Origin: Mobula hypostoma
Lineage: Eukaryota
DNA length: 64,000 bases
Direction: 5' to 3'
NCBI RefSeq assembly: GCF_963921235.1
Contig: NC_086097.1
Span: 211,174,001-211,238,000, forward strand
Part shown: one piece after another, positions 37,528 through 49,214 of the stretch
Numbering within the stretch: position 1 is the stretch's first letter
How the letters are laid out: every line of letters starts with the position of its first letter
The notes under the pieces: model-generated
Database searches by the model: none
Seen by the model: only the letters and a program-made list of their open reading frames with translations
Told to the model about the DNA's origin: nothing
Program-made: the position numbers and the translations under genes

Positions 37528-37565
37528 TAGTCCTGACGAAGGGTCTCGGCCTGAAACGTCGACTG
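37528..37565 (+). ncRNA. Minimal type I hammerhead ribozyme motif (PLE-associated)
   Basis: UAGUC-CUGACGA-A-GGGU(CUCG)GCCU-GAAAC-GUC^GACUG; stem I UAGUC/GACUG; palindromic ACGU helix III. Confidence 0.8.
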
Positions 37566-39339
37566 CGCCTCTTCCTATAGATGCTGCTTGGCCTGCTGCG
37601 TTCACCAGCAACTTTGATGTATGTTGCTTGAATTTCCAGCATCTGCAGAATTCCTGTTGTTTCTGTCCTTGGACTCACTTTACACCGCACGCTGTCAGAA
37701 CAGTGCTGCCAGGATAATCAAGGACACGACCCTCCCAGCCAACACACTTTTCGTCCCTCTTCCCTCCGGAAGAAGGCTCAGGAGCTTGAAGACTCGTATA
37801 GCCGGATTTGGGAACTGCTTCTTTCCAACTGTAATAAGACTGCTGAACGGATCCTGACCTGGATCTGGGCTGTACCCTCCAAATATCCGGACCTGCCTCT
37901 TGGTTTTTTTGCACTACCTTACTTTCCATTTTCTATTTTCTATTTATGATCTATAATTTAAATTTTTAATATTTACTATCGATCTGTACTCAGGGGAGCA
38001 GGTAGCGCAGAATCAAATATCGCTGTGATGATTGTACATTCTAGTATCAATTGTTTGGCAACAATAAAGTATGAAGTATAAAACCATCTCTCAGGTGAAG
38101 TAGAGATTCCAGACTAGGTTGGAATCAATAAAGGATTCTCGACAGCTGTGGCAGGGTTAAAATGCTGCAAAGTTAAATCTTGTGACATCGGGAAGAGCTT
38201 CACTTCTGGATGAGCTCAATGCTTTCCATGCTCACCTTGATTACCAGAATAGGGAGGAGCTGTCACGCACACTCCATGTCTGCCAATGATCCTTTTGTCT
38301 CAGTATCTGAAGGTAACATGTGGGCTGCCGTCAAAGAGAGTGAATCCAAAGAAAGCATCCAGTCCGGACAGAGTACCTAGCCAAGTAGTGAAGATCTGTG
38401 CTGATCAAGTTGGCTGGTGTATTCACGGATATCTTCAACCTCTCACTCCAGCAGTGTGTGGTGTCCACCTGCTTCAAGCAGAGTTCAATCGTACCAGTGC
38501 CCAAGAAGAGCATGGTAGCCTGTCGAAATGAAAATTGTCCAGTGGCGCTTACATCCACAGCGATAAAGTGTTTTGAGAGGTTGGTGTTGAAGCATATCAG
38601 CTCCTCTCTGAGTGGTGACTTGGATCCACTCCCAATTTGCCAACCAAAGCAACAGGTCCACAGCAGATTCTACCTTGATGGCTCTTCACACAACCCTGGA
38701 ACATCTGAAAAGCAAAGGTGCATATGTCAGAATGCTCTTTATCTATTACAGCATGGCATTTAGCACCATTATCCTTTCAAAGTTAATCAGTAAACTCAAA
38801 GACCTGGGCCTCAATACCCCCTTGTGCAATTAGATCCTGGATTTCCTCACTTGTAGACTCCAGCCAGAATTGATTGGCAAAAACATCTCCTCCACATTCT
38901 CCATCAGTACAGGAGCACCACAGGGAGATGTACTTAGCCCCCAGCTCTACTCCCTTAACACCTATGACTGTGTGGCTCAGCACAGCACCAACACCATATA
39001 CAAGTTTGCTGATGGCACCACTGTTCTGGGCTGTATCAAACGGGGAGATGAATCAGCACGCAGGAGGGAGATTGAATATTTGGCTGAGTTGTGCAATAAC
39101 AACAATCTCTCACTCAATGTCAATAAGACCAATGAACTGATTGTAGACTTCAAGAGAGGGTAACCAGAGGTCCATGAGCTGGTAACCATCAGAGGATCAG
39201 AGGTGAAGAGGATGAGTAACTTTAAATTCCTGGCTGTCACTAACTCAGAAGATCTGTCCTGGACCCATCATAGAGCTATATTTGCAAAGAAAGCACGACA
39301 GCACCTCTACTTCCTTTGGAGTATGCAGAGATGTGGCAT

Positions 39340-39978
39340 GTTGAAAGGTCAAAGGTTCAAAGATACAATTTAATGTCGGAGAAATGTATACAATATACAT
39401 CCTAAGATGCTTTTTCTTCGCAAACTCCGCAAGAGCAGAGAAGTGCCCCAAAGAATGAACGACAGTTAAACATGGGAACCCCAAAGTCTTGCCCCCAGCT
39501 CTCCCCCCTGCACATAAGTGGCAGCGAGAAACAATCCCCTCTCCCCCCACCAGCAAAAAAAGCAAGCAACAGCACCGCCACCAAGCACTCAAGCGTGAGC
39601 AAGGCAATAGCAAAGCCACAGACTTGAAGTGACCCCAAAGACTTCGCGCTTCATCCAGCATTCGACATACCACAGGCTCTCTCTCCGCCTAATAAGGGAG
39701 AGGGAAGTGTCTCCATTTTCCCAGCAAGTGGGGAGTCATAACAAACAACTCGCTGGTTTACGATGTTAAAAAGTCCGTTACATCGCTTTTCTCGAGCTCT
39801 GTGCCTGAAGATCACGAAGATCCCGGGTCTTTGGGCACACAGCAGCAGTAGATTTTCCAGCTCCCCCAACGACACAAGAGTCTCCTGCCGTGACACTGAC
39901 CCTCGATCAGCCTGTCTCCAGAGCCCTGAGATCTTAGGCTTCCAAATACAAGCTGGACTCTCAGGCCGAACCCTTGGA
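39340..39978 (-). mobile_element. Non-coding retroposon with a Rex-like 3' tail
   Basis: Interrupts Rex at GGCATGT/CATTAAAA; reverse complement ends GAAGAAAAAGCATCTTAGGATGTATAT..ATTAAA..(CTTTGAAC)n, like Rex tails. Confidence 0.7.
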
Positions 39979-40127
39979 CGTGTCATTAAAAATCTTGGGA
40001 AACTTCTATAGATGTGTGGTGGAAAGTGTGCTGACTGGCTGCATTACGGCCTGGTATGAGAACACCAATGCCTCTGAGTGGAAAATCTTACAATAGGTAA
40101 TGGATTCAGCCCATCATGGGTAAAACT

Positions 40128-42385
40128 ATAAGACCTTAGGACCATAAGATATAGGAGCAGAATTAGGCCATTTAGCCCTTCAAATCTGCTCTGCCATTTC
40201 ATCATAGCTGAACGAATTTTCCTCTCAGCACCAATCTCCTGCTTTCTCCCTGTATCCCCTCATGCCTTGACCAATCAACAATCTATCAACCTCTGCCCTA
40301 AATATAAATAAAGACTGGGCCTCCACAGCTGCCTGTGGCAAAAAAAAATCCACAGATTCACCATTCTCTTCCTAAAGGATTTCCTCTGAATCTCCATTCT
40401 AAAAGGACACCCCTCCATTCTGAGGCTTAGGCTCCCCCACCATAGAAAACATCCTCTCCACATCCATTCTATCAAGGCCTTTCACATTCTATAGGGTTCA
40501 GTGAGGTCACACTTCGTTCTAAACCGACCCAGAGCCACCAAACCCTTGTCATATGACAAGCTATCCAATCCTGCAATACCTTTTGTGAACCTCCTTTCAA
40601 CCCTCTCCAGTTTCAGCACATCCTTTCAAAGTAGCTCAGAGCTAATCACAATCCTCCTAGCGACGCCTCACCAGTACTTTATAAAGCCTCAGCATTATGT
40701 CTTTGCTTTTATATTCTAGTCCTCTTGAAATGAATGATAACATTGCAATTGCCTTCCTCACCACAGACTCAGCCTGCAAATTAACCTTTAGGGAATCCTG
40801 CCTGAGGACTGCCAAGTCCCTTTACAACTCTGTTTTATTTTTGCATTTTATCTCCATTTAGAAAAAAAATCAATTTCTTCTACCAAAGTTCATGACCATA
40901 CATTTTTCAACATTGTATTCCATCTGCCACTTTTTTACTTATTCTCCAAATCTGTCTAAGTCCTTCTGTAGCTTCTCTACTTCTTCAAAACTACCTGCCC
41001 CACCATCTATCTTCATATCATCTGCAAACTTTGCAACATAGCCATCAATTCCATCATTCAAATCACTGACAGATAACATAAAAAGAATTGGTCCCAACAC
41101 AGACCCCTGTGGAAAACCACTAGTCACCGGCAGCCAACCAAAATGGCTCCCTTTATTCACACTCTTTGCCTCCTACCAATCAGCCACTGCTTTATCCATG
41201 ATAGAATCTTTCCTGTAATACCATGGGCTCGTAGCTTGTTAAGCGGCCTCATGTGTGGCACCTTGTCAAAGGCCTTCTGAAAATCCAAGTACACAACATC
41301 AACCAATTCTCCTTTGTCAATCCTGCTTATTATTTCTTCAGAGAATTCCAATAGATTTGTCAGGCAATATTTTCCCTGAAGGAAACCATCCTGACTACGG
41401 CCTATTTTATCATGTGCTTCCAAGTACCCTGAGACCTCGTCCTTAATAATCGACTCCTTTATCTTCCCAACCACTGAAGTCAGACTAACTGAGTTATAGT
41501 TTCCTTTCTCCTGTCTTTTGCCCTTCTTGAAGTTTACAGTGACATTTGCAATTTCTGTTTTCCAGAACCATTCCCGAATATAGTGATTCTTGAAAACTCA
41601 TTACTAATGCCTCCAGCATCTCCTCAGCCACCTCCTTCAGAACTCTAGGATGTGCACCATCTTGCCAATGTGACTTTTATCTACCTTCAGACCTTCCTGT
41701 TTCCCAAGAACCTTTTCTCTAGTTATGTTAACTTCACACACTTCATGACCCCTGACACCTGCAACTTCCATCATACTGCTAGTGTCTTCCACCGTGAAGA
41801 CTGACTCATAAAAAACTTATTCAGTTCATCTGCCATGTCATTGTCCCCCATTGCTACCTCCCCAGCATCATTTTCCAGTGGTGTGATATCCACTCCTGCC
41901 CTTCTTTTGCACTTTATGTATCTGAAGAAATGTTGGTATCTTCTTTAATATTATTGGCTAGCTTAGTTTTGTATTCTATCTTTACATTCTTCATGATTTT
42001 TTTAGTTGTCTTCTGTTGGTTTTTAAAAACTTCCCAATCCTCTAACTTCTCACTAATTTTTGCTCTATTATATGTCCAATCTTTGGCTTTTATGTTGGCT
42101 TTGACTTCTTGTTAGCCACAGTCGTATCGTGTTTCTTTTAGAATACTTCTTTCACTTCGGGATGTATATATCCTGTGCCTTCCCAATTGCTTCCAGAAAT
42201 TCCAGCCATTGCTGCTCTGCTGTCATCCCTGCCTTTTCCAATCAATTCTGGCCAACTCCTCTCTCATGCCCCTGTAATTCCCTTTACTCCACTGTAATAC
42301 TGATTACAGCTTCTCCTTCTCAACTTTCAGGGTGAATTCAGTCATACTATGATTACATTCCCCTAAGTGTTCTTTTACCTTAATG
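40128..42385 (-). mobile_element. CR1 LINE, degenerate
   Basis: YLDFQKAFDKVPH, GFPQGSVLGP, KFADDMK; (GACCATAA)n tail. Confidence 0.92.
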
Positions 42386-42598
42386 ACTCCCAACCCTCCC
42401 ACATCTACATGAAACACTGTTGTAGGAGAGCAGCATCTATCATCAAAGTTCCTCACCACCCAGGCCTAGCTCTTTTCTCTCTGCTGCCATCAGGTAGAAG
42501 TGCTTCAGAACTCACACCACCAGGTTCAAGAACAGTAACTATCCCTCAACCATCAGGATCTTGAACAAAAGGGGAAAACTACACTCATTTAAGGACTC

Positions 42599-43540
42599 AA
42601 ACATGAGGAATTCTGCAGATGCTGGAAATTCAAGCAACACACATCAAAGTTGCTGGTGAACGCAGCAGGTCAGGCAACATCTCTAGGAAGAGGTACAGTC
42701 AATGTTTCAGGCCGAGACTCTTCGTCAGGACTAACTGAAGAAAGAGCTAGTAAGAGATTTGAAAGTGGGAGGGGGAGGGGGAGATCCAAAATGATAGGAG
42801 AAGACAGGAGGGGGAGGGATGGAGCCAAGAGCTGGACAGGTGATTGGCAAAAGGGATATGAGAGGATCATGGGACAGGAGGCCCAGGGAGAAGGAAAAGC
42901 GGGGAGAGGGGGAACCCAGAGGATGGGCAAAGAGTATAGTCAGAGGGACAGAGGGAGAAAAAGGAGAGTGAGAGAAAGAATGTGTATATATAAATAATGG
43001 ATGGGGTACGAGGGGAAGGTGGGGCATTAGCGGAAGCTAGAAACACCTATGCTCTGTCTGCCAGAGAAAGCAGGATCTCCCAATGGCCACACATTTTAAT
43101 TCTACATCCCATTCCCATTCTGACATGTTTATCCACGGCCTCCTCTACTATAAAGATGAAGCCACACTCAGGTTGGAGGAAGAACACCTTATATTCCGGC
43201 TGGGTAGCCTCCAACCTGATGGCATGAACACTGACTTCTCTAACTTCCACTAATGCCCCACCTCCCCCACCTCCCCCTCGTACCCCATCCGTTACTTATA
43301 TACACACATTCTTTCTCTCACTTTTGCCAATCAACTGTCCAGCTCTTGGCTCCATCCCTCCCCCTCCTGTCTTCTCCTATCATTTTGGATCTCCCCCTCC
43401 CCCTCCCACTTTCAAATCTCTTACTAGCTCTTTCTTCAGTTAGTCCTGACGAAGGGTCTCGGCCTGAAATGTCGACTGTACCTCTTCCTAGAGATGCTGC
43501 CTGACCTGCTGCGTTCCACCAGCAACTTTGATGTGTGTTG
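42599..43540. mobile_element. Asymmetric PLE fold-back insertion
   Basis: Perfect TSD CTCATTTAAGGACTC at 42584-42598 and 43541-43555; left arm (-) with tail to about 43042; right arm (+) from about 43043 with GIY-YIG C-terminus and a deletion near 43320. Confidence 0.93.
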
Positions 43541-43799
43541 CTCATTTAAGGACTCTTGTCTTGTTATTTCATGCTCATTATTTACTACTATTTATTTATT
43601 ATCTGCATTCCCAGTTTGCACACAGTTTACAGTTCCTGATGTTTACAGTTTACAGATCCTGTTTACATTTACTGTTCTGTAGATGTGCTAAGTATGCCCG
43701 CAAAAAGAAAGAAACTCAGGGTTCCACGTGGTGACTTGTAAGTACTCTGATAATAAAGCTTACTTTGAACTTTGTACTTAAATTGTATACTGTGCAACC

Positions 43800-43970
43800 G
43801 TTTCTACGTTCTGCCCATGACAGTATGGTTTTCCTTTGAGTTGTCTGGTTTCCTCCCACATTCCAAAGATGTATGGGTTAGTTGGTTAATTGGTCACATG
43901 AGTGTAATTGGGTAGTTCAAGCTCTTTGGGTCAGAAGGGCTTGTTACTGTGCCGTTTATCTAAATAGATC
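43800..43970 (+). mobile_element. V-SINE fragment
   Basis: TCTGGTTTCCTCCCACATTCCAAAGA..GGTTAATTGG and CR1-like tail. Confidence 0.7.
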
Positions 43971-44644
43971 TAACCTAACCTGTAGTGCAGACTTGATTGG
44001 TCGAATGTTGCAGTTAGGCTCATCTATCTTACAGTCTAATGTATCTCTTACCCTGTCCATTATCTTAGAGCCATAAACTGGCACAGGACAGAAGTAGGCA
44101 GCTCCACTCACTGGGTCTGCATCAAGGCTTCAGCTACACCAGTTGTCCATTCATCCCACTTTGTTCTCCACCTACTCCCATCAGCTCTGCCAAATTCTAC
44201 CGCTACAGGTGTTTACAGTCGCACTGCTGGGCCTGCCCAACAATACTATTCACCTCTGACGCTGAAGAAAAGAACATAATGAATAATGCCAGATTTTCTA
44301 AGCAAAGTTTAACTACAGTGTTACACAAGAAAAACTCATCAAATTAATGGTCAATTTTAACCTAAATGTCATCAGTTTCAATGGGAAGTAAAATTCTGGC
44401 CAACTCCTCTCTCATGCCTCTGTAATTCCCTTTATTCCACTGTAATACTGATACATCTGACTTTAGCGTCTCCTTCTGTGACATGCAGTGTCCTGTCATG
44501 TGAGAGGAAGATATGACAATCTTGTCAAATTTTCAGTCCGTTCAGATTTGAAATGTGATACATATTTATGATTTGTATCACCATACTGTATTAGAAAGTT
44601 CAAAATCAGGTTTGCGACAATCTGCCGACTGCCTCTTTTGAAAT

Positions 44645-44970
44645 GGGCAGCACAGCAGTACAGCTAGGAGAGCAGCTGCATCACTGCTCCAGCAGTCCAT
44701 GCTCTGGTGCTCTCTTTTTGGAGTTTGCTGGTAACTTCATGGATTTTCTCTGGGCGCATCAATTTCCTCCCACATCCCAAAGACGTGTGTGTTGTTAAAA
44801 GAACTAGCCACTCTCAGTGGACAGATTAGAGGGAGGGTCTGGGACGAGCTGGATGTTGGAAGAACAAATTGAGGGGAAAAGCAGTGGGGAAATGGAATCA
44901 ATCTATGAGCCAGCAAGAATTTCATGGGCTGGATGACCTCCTATGCCTTAAAGAAATACGAAAATGAAAG
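44645..44970 (+). mobile_element. V-SINE
   Basis: GGGCAGCACAG head, GGAGTTTGC, TTTCCTCCCACATCCCAAAGAC. Confidence 0.7.
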
Positions 44971-45089
44971 GAGTGAATGTATATACTTCTGGAATATTAG
45001 CATGCAAAATATTTCAAAGCAACATAAATTTTTTTTTTGATTTTAATGATCTTTATTCTGATTCTTAATGACTATCATATGCAATATCA

Positions 45090-47910
45090 TAGTCCATGAA
45101 CTCAGATGCTTTGACACAGACATCACCATCTGGAGTGCAACACAATGGGTAGGAGTCACCTAGCTCCAAGATCAAGACCATAAGACCTTAAGACATAGGA
45201 GCAGAATTAGGCCGTTTGGCCCATCGAGTCTGCTCCACCATTCAATCACGGCTGATCCTTTCTTCTTAATCTCCTCCTCAACCCCAGTTCTCGCCATAAC
45301 CTTTGATGCCCTGTCCAATCAAGAACCTATCAATCTCTGCCTTAAATACTCCCAATAAGCTGGCTTCCACAGCTGCATGTGGCAACAAATTCCACAAATT
45401 CACCACCCTTTGACTAAAGAAATTTCTCCCCATCTCTGTTTTAAAAGGTTGCCCCTCTATCCTGAGGCTGTGCCCTCTTGTCCTAGACTCTCCCACCATG
45501 GGAAACATCCTTTCCACATCTACCCTGTCTAGGCCTTTCAACAATCAAAAGGTTTCAATGAGATTCCCCCCCTCATTCTTCTGAATTCCAGCAAGTACAG
45601 ATCCAGAGCCATCAAACATTCCTTTTATGATAAACCTTTCATTCCTGGAAACATCCTTGTGAACCACCTCTGGACCCTGTCCAATGTCAGTACATCTTTT
45701 CTTAGATGAGGGGCCCAAAACTGTTCACAATACTCAAGGTGAGGCCTCATCAGTGCCTTATAAAGCCTCAGCATCACATCCTTGTTTTTGTATTCTAGAT
45801 CTCTTGAAATGAATGCTAACATGGTAGTTGCCTTCCCCACCGCCAACTCAACCTGCAAGTTAACCTTCAGAGTATTCTGTACAAGGACTCTCAGGTCCCT
45901 CTGTTTCTCAGATTCCTGGATTTTCACCCCATTTAGAAAATAGTCCGCACATACATTTCTACTACTAAAGTGCATGACCATGCATTTTCCAATATTGTAT
46001 TCTATTTACCACTTGCTTGCCCATTCTCCTAATGTGTCTAAGTCCTTCTGCAGCCTACCTGTTTCCTCAACACTACCTGCCCCTCCACCAATCTTCATAT
46101 CATTTGCAAAATTGGCAACAAAGGCATCTATTCCATCATCTAAGTCATTTATATACAGCATAAAAATAAGTGGTCCCAACACCAGCCCCTGCGGAACATC
46201 ACTGGCAGCCAACCAGAAAGTCCAAGTATACAACATCCACTGCATCCCCTTTCTCTATCTTAGTTGTAATCTCCTCAAAGGAATCCAACAGGTTCGTCAG
46301 GCAGGATTTTTCCTGAAGGAAACCATGCGGACTTTGTACTATCTTGTCCTGTGTCACCAAGTACTCCATCACCTCATCCTTAACAAATGACTCTAACATT
46401 TTCCCAACCACTGAGATCAGGCTAACAGGTCTATAATTTCCTTTCTGCTGCCTTCCTCCTTTCTTAAAGAGTGGAGTAACATTTGCAATTTTCCAGTCCA
46501 CCATGCCAGAGTCCAATGATTTTTGAAAGATCATTTCTAATGCTACCACAATCTCTAATGCGTTCAGAACCCTAGGGTGCAGTTCCTCTGGGCTGGGTGA
46601 TTTATGTACCTTTAGATCTTTCAGCTTTTTGAGTACCTTCTCTCTTGTAACAGTAACTATACCCACTTCTCTTCCTTCACATATTACAACATCAAGCATA
46701 CTGCTCGTGTCTTCCACAGTGAAGACTGGCGCAAAATACTCTTTTAGTTTATCAGCTATCTCCTTGTCCCTCGTTATTATTTCTCCTGCCTCATTTTCTA
46801 GCGGTCCTATATCCACTCTCATTTCTCTTTTATTTTTAACATACTTGAAAAAGCTTTTACTATCCACTTTTATATTATTTGCTAGCTTGCTTTCATATTT
46901 CATCTTTTCCCTTCAAATGATCTTTAGTTGCTCTCTGTAGGTTTTTAAAAGCTTCCCAATCCTCTATCTTCCCATTAATTTTTGCTTTGATGTATGCCCT
47001 TCCTTTTGCTTTTACAATAGCTTTGACTTCCCTTGTCAGCCACACTCGTACTATGCCACCATTTGAGTATTTCTTCATGTTTGGAATACACATGTCCTGC
47101 ACCTTCCTCATTTTTCCCAGAAACGCACACCATTACCGCTCTGTTGCATCTCTGCCAGCAGCTCCTTCCAATTTTTCCTCATTTTTCCAACTCCTCTCTC
47201 ATACCACTGTAATTTCCTTTACTCCACTGAAATACTGCTACATCAGACTTTACTTTCTCCCTATAAAATTTCAAATTGAACACAATCATATTGTGATCAC
47301 TGGTTCCTAACGGTTCTTTAACCTTAAGCCCCCTAATCACCTCCGGTTCATTACATAACACCCAATCCAGTATAGTTGATCCCCTGGTAGGCTCAATGAC
47401 AAACTGCTCTAAAAAGCCATCTCTTAGGCATTCAACAAAGGTAATAAGTACGCTCTCTTCTGGAGTGAGCCTTCTGGCAAGATTGAACTAGCCTGATGCC
47501 TCAGTCACTATCTTTGTTGGATAAGTGGACATCTTATGACCTTTCAGCTCACTCTAACATGTGGCATTTTTCAGGGCCTACTCTCCCAACACAGAAGCAA
47601 CAAATACAGTCAAGGATTGTTTCAGAGCCTCCATGGAAAATGATAACATCCTTATATCCTTACAGGAATGCCTAGCCCAAAACCACTCAAACTGGAGACA
47701 TGACGCGCACCTAGAGTACCCTGAAGCCCAGGGTAAATGTTGGAGGAACACATCACCACATAAACCACCAACCTTGTCCAGCAGCATCTACTTCATTTGT
47801 GCCAGAGCCTGCAGACCCCACCTTGGCCTCATTGTACTTCAGAAGCCAGAAAACATAAGGTGGAAGCAAGTTTTCCTTGACTTTCAGGTACTGCCTAAAA
47901 TGAAGATCTA
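45090..47910 (+). mobile_element. Old internally deleted RTE-clade LINE split by a CR1
   Basis: APE remnants (HELRCFDTDIT at about 45095; YALFWS at about 47448); C-terminal KDCFRASM..LAQNHSNWR..ICARAC..LGL; RTE-type tail GTGGAAGCAAG..ACTGCCTAA. Confidence 0.6.
45172..47437 (-). mobile_element. CR1 LINE, degenerate, with a deletion in RT
   Basis: PLGTSDHN, NYRPVSLISVVGK, DVVYLDF, PHLEYC; (GACCATAA) tail. Confidence 0.93.
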
Positions 47911-48029
47911 GCATGGGGCAGCAGAACTAGATTGAAAAGTTAATCTTTTTTTTTTCTCTTTATTTCATTAAAAAATAAATTTAAACAAAATATATTATTT
48001 ACAAGGTTTACGAGGCTTACTAGGTACAC

Positions 48030-48350
48030 AAAGTTCTGAGGGGTATAGATAGGGAAATGCAAACAGGTTTTTCCACTGAAGCTGGTAGAGACTAGAACTA
48101 GAGGTCATGGATTAAGGGTGAAAGGTGAAATGTTTAAGGGAAACCTGAGGGGGCACTTCTTCACTCAGAGGATGGTGAGAGTGTAGAACAAGCAGAAATT
48201 GTGGATGCGGGGTTAAATTTCAACATTTAAGAGAAGTTTGGATAAGGGATATGGAGGGTGCAGGTCAATGGGACTATGCAGAATAATACTTCAGCATAGA
48301 CTAGGTGGGCCAATGGGCCTTTTTTATGTTGAAATGTTCTATTACATTAT
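48030..48350 (+). mobile_element. CR1 3' fragment
   Basis: TRGHGLRVKG..FFTQRMV and CR1 3' UTR. Confidence 0.8.
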
Positions 48351-49214
48351 GAATCTATGTGCCTAAAATAAGTTCACTGTCCTTTTTAGTTTTTAATATT
48401 TGTTTCAATGAATTTTACAATTCTATGTGTATTCTAAATACCAACACCACTTCTATACCACAAAACATACACTCATGTTTCTGATGATTACCTTGGATAT
48501 TGATGGAAAATGTAGCTTATCTTAGATAGTATGTCTCGTTCTTAGTGGATCTGTTTGCTACATTAACCTACCCACAACTTCTCCTTTATTGAATTTACGC
48601 TGCCATTATTTCCGGTATACATCAATAATGAGATGGTGGCTAAGGGTCCTGAGGCCCGCTACTACACCACTGCTCTGTACAAATCCCAAACCCCATTGCA
48701 GGAAGACTTGCTCCAAACCTGCATTCTTACTTGATAGCCAGCAGTCTTTCAAAGCAGCCTTCAAAACCTTGAATGGTAAAATTCCAAGGTATATCCATCG
48801 CATTGAAGGTATTTGATACTGTATCTTCATTATAATGAAGTGACCTTAATGATAATCTCCTCAAATATTTAATTCCTTCCTTCAGGCTTTCAAAACTGTT
48901 GGTGTTTGAGTAACTAGTGCAGATTATGACCTTCCAGTGTTAATATCAGCAAACAGAATATAATAGCAAAATATAATGACAAAAATGATCTGACATTTAT
49001 CACATCATGTGGCCATTGTTTCATCACTTTCTAATCTCTCCAGATTGTCTATTGGATCCCTAACTAATTTTCCCAGATTTCAGATCTAAACAACATCAGA
49101 AAAGTTTCATCACTGAGAAGAGAAATCCGGTCCATTACAGACCATTTAAGTTTCCTTCACTGAGAAAAGAGATCTTGCCTACTATAGACTACACTCTGTG
49201 TATTTCTGTCTGTT

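Larger units (their letters stand above)
36518..37659. mobile_element. 1.14-kb near-perfect PLE fold-back palindrome
   Basis: Arms 36518-37067 and 37074-37623 plus tail to 37659; 6-nt spacer GCCACA; TSD TTTCTGTCCTTGGA at 36504-36517 and 37660-37673; both arms encode HFNSTSHSHSDMSIHGLLYCKDEATLRLEEQHLIFRLGSLQPDGMNIDFSNF reading outward. Confidence 0.95.
36078..38080 (+). mobile_element. Young 5'-truncated Rex1/Babar copy, same subfamily as 21340-24815
   Basis: Near-identical to about 23925-24800; (AAAGTAT) tail; possible short AAAAC duplication. Confidence 0.9.
32880..43775 (+). mobile_element. Rex1/Babar element fragmented by five direct insertions (one of them carrying a sixth)
   Basis: Colinear pieces 32880-32920, 35933-36077, 38081-39339, 39979-40127, 42388-42598 and 43541-43775 rejoin into one RT and tail (e.g. 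DFIKAAVDECVP/MESFRVFLNQKSWM). Confidence 0.85.

Noticed and set aside
19893..43540. Recurring ~140-bp sequence as a CRISPR-like array
   Set aside because: Copies are dispersed, inverted and TSD-flanked, with no repeat-spacer periodicity and no cas genes; the context is eukaryotic.
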